Translations under genes and position numbers: made by a program | Source of the DNA: a bacterium | Lineage (GTDB): Bacteria > SAR324 > NAC60-12 | NCBI GenBank assembly: GCA_965209155.1 | Contig: OZ242383.1 | Span: forward strand, 1,184,001-1,248,000 | Direction: 5' to 3' | DNA length: 64,000 nt | Notes under the pieces: model-generated | Told to the model about the DNA's origin: nothing | Database searches by the model: none | Seen by the model: the letters and a program-made list of their open reading frames with translations, nothing else | Part shown: one piece after another, positions 63,310-64,000 of the stretch | How the letters are laid out: every line of letters starts with the position of its first letter | Numbering within the stretch: the stretch's first letter is position 1

Positions 63310-64000
63310 GTGAATCCAAAAATATCAATAGACATTTTGCGTGACTTGGTTTCCATTTATCGTCGAGAGTTAATTGCTTTCGGAAATAAGAAAAGTGATG
63401 TAGATGGCATTAAAGGCAACCATGAACTAATTCGTGTTTATTATGGTGTACAAAGACGCCTTGTCTCACCAGTACCACGAAAATTACATAAGTCGAAAAA
63501 TTTTGCATGCCCGCCTGAACACGCAAGTGTAGTTACTTCTTTAGAGCGTATGATCGAAAATGGCGACAATATAACACCGTATCTCAGCACAAAGATAAAA
63601 AGCATTGATTACAATGATTCTTTACTTAATGATTGGGGGATTCACCACCTACATCTTGGAGTTAATAAAAAATCCGATGGTTTCGCAGAGCGTACGGGAC
63701 ATTTGCTGTATTGTTATTTTGAGGAGTCAAATGCATATCTGATAAACGTACTTGATCATCATAATTTTACTTCACAAATACTGATCCACACCGTGCACAA
63801 TAATTGGCCCGAAATTCTATCAGGATTCCAGATGAATGGATTAAAAGGTGATATGCTCACCGATGAGCAAATCCGTACACTACGAAAAAAAAATGTTAAC
63901 TACACACTAGAAATGACAGATGGAAAAGTCTATGCACCTCCCGGTGGTGGAGTAACCTGTGCTGGTTTTAACATTCATGACAGTATAAACGCTGATTACT
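63310..64000 (+). CDS. Hypothetical protein running off the window end
   Basis: Open frame from GTG 63310 with PYLS..DSLLNDWGIHHLHLG; absent from the ORF track because there is no stop. Confidence 0.65.
   Translation, partial: MNPKISIDILRDLVSIYRRELIAFGNKKSDVDGIKGNHELIRVYYGVQRRLVSPVPRKLHKSKNFACPPEHASVVTSLERMIENGDNITPYLSTKIKSIDYNDSLLNDWGIHHLHLGVNKKSDGFAERTGHLLYCYFEESNAYLINVLDHHNFTSQILIHTVHNNWPEILSGFQMNGLKGDMLTDEQIRTLRKKNVNYTLEMTDGKVYAPPGGGVTCAGFNIHDSINADY

Overview
Bacterial chromosomal window. The protein repertoire suggests a Deltaproteobacteria-like or SAR324-type, possibly host-associated organism (inference only). A housekeeping core lies at about 30.9-50 kb: three acyl-CoA dehydrogenases, ATL, GNAT, gap-rpe-rpiA-tkt, a BMP-type ABC transporter, lptC, aroK and mnmA. 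It is flanked by two accessory zones rich in mobile-element debris. The left zone (1-30.7 kb) holds an FGE-sulfatase gene with a DGR-like 3' end, a vWA gene, ISAzo13, three tandem IS91-family ends interleaved with cargo genes, IS1380/IS200/IS5 remnants, a high-GC autotransporter, a phytochelatin synthase pseudogene, a duplicated znuACB-like operon with reciprocal deletions, and an OLD-like ATPase. The right zone (51.9-64 kb) holds a low-GC NYN RNase gene preceded by a promoter, a ~90-nt rod hairpin and a U-tract. It also has two apparently identical 819-nt group II introns whose RT ORF is deleted. Their predicted EBS1 (UCAUUC) matches the GAATGA end of a REP-like palindrome, and both are nested in decayed RAYT-type elements. 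A second intron lineage, a TIGR04255-like cassette and IS1595/IS256 remnants follow. No rRNA, tRNA, CRISPR array or intact reverse transcriptase was seen. All family calls are by motif recognition, not database search.
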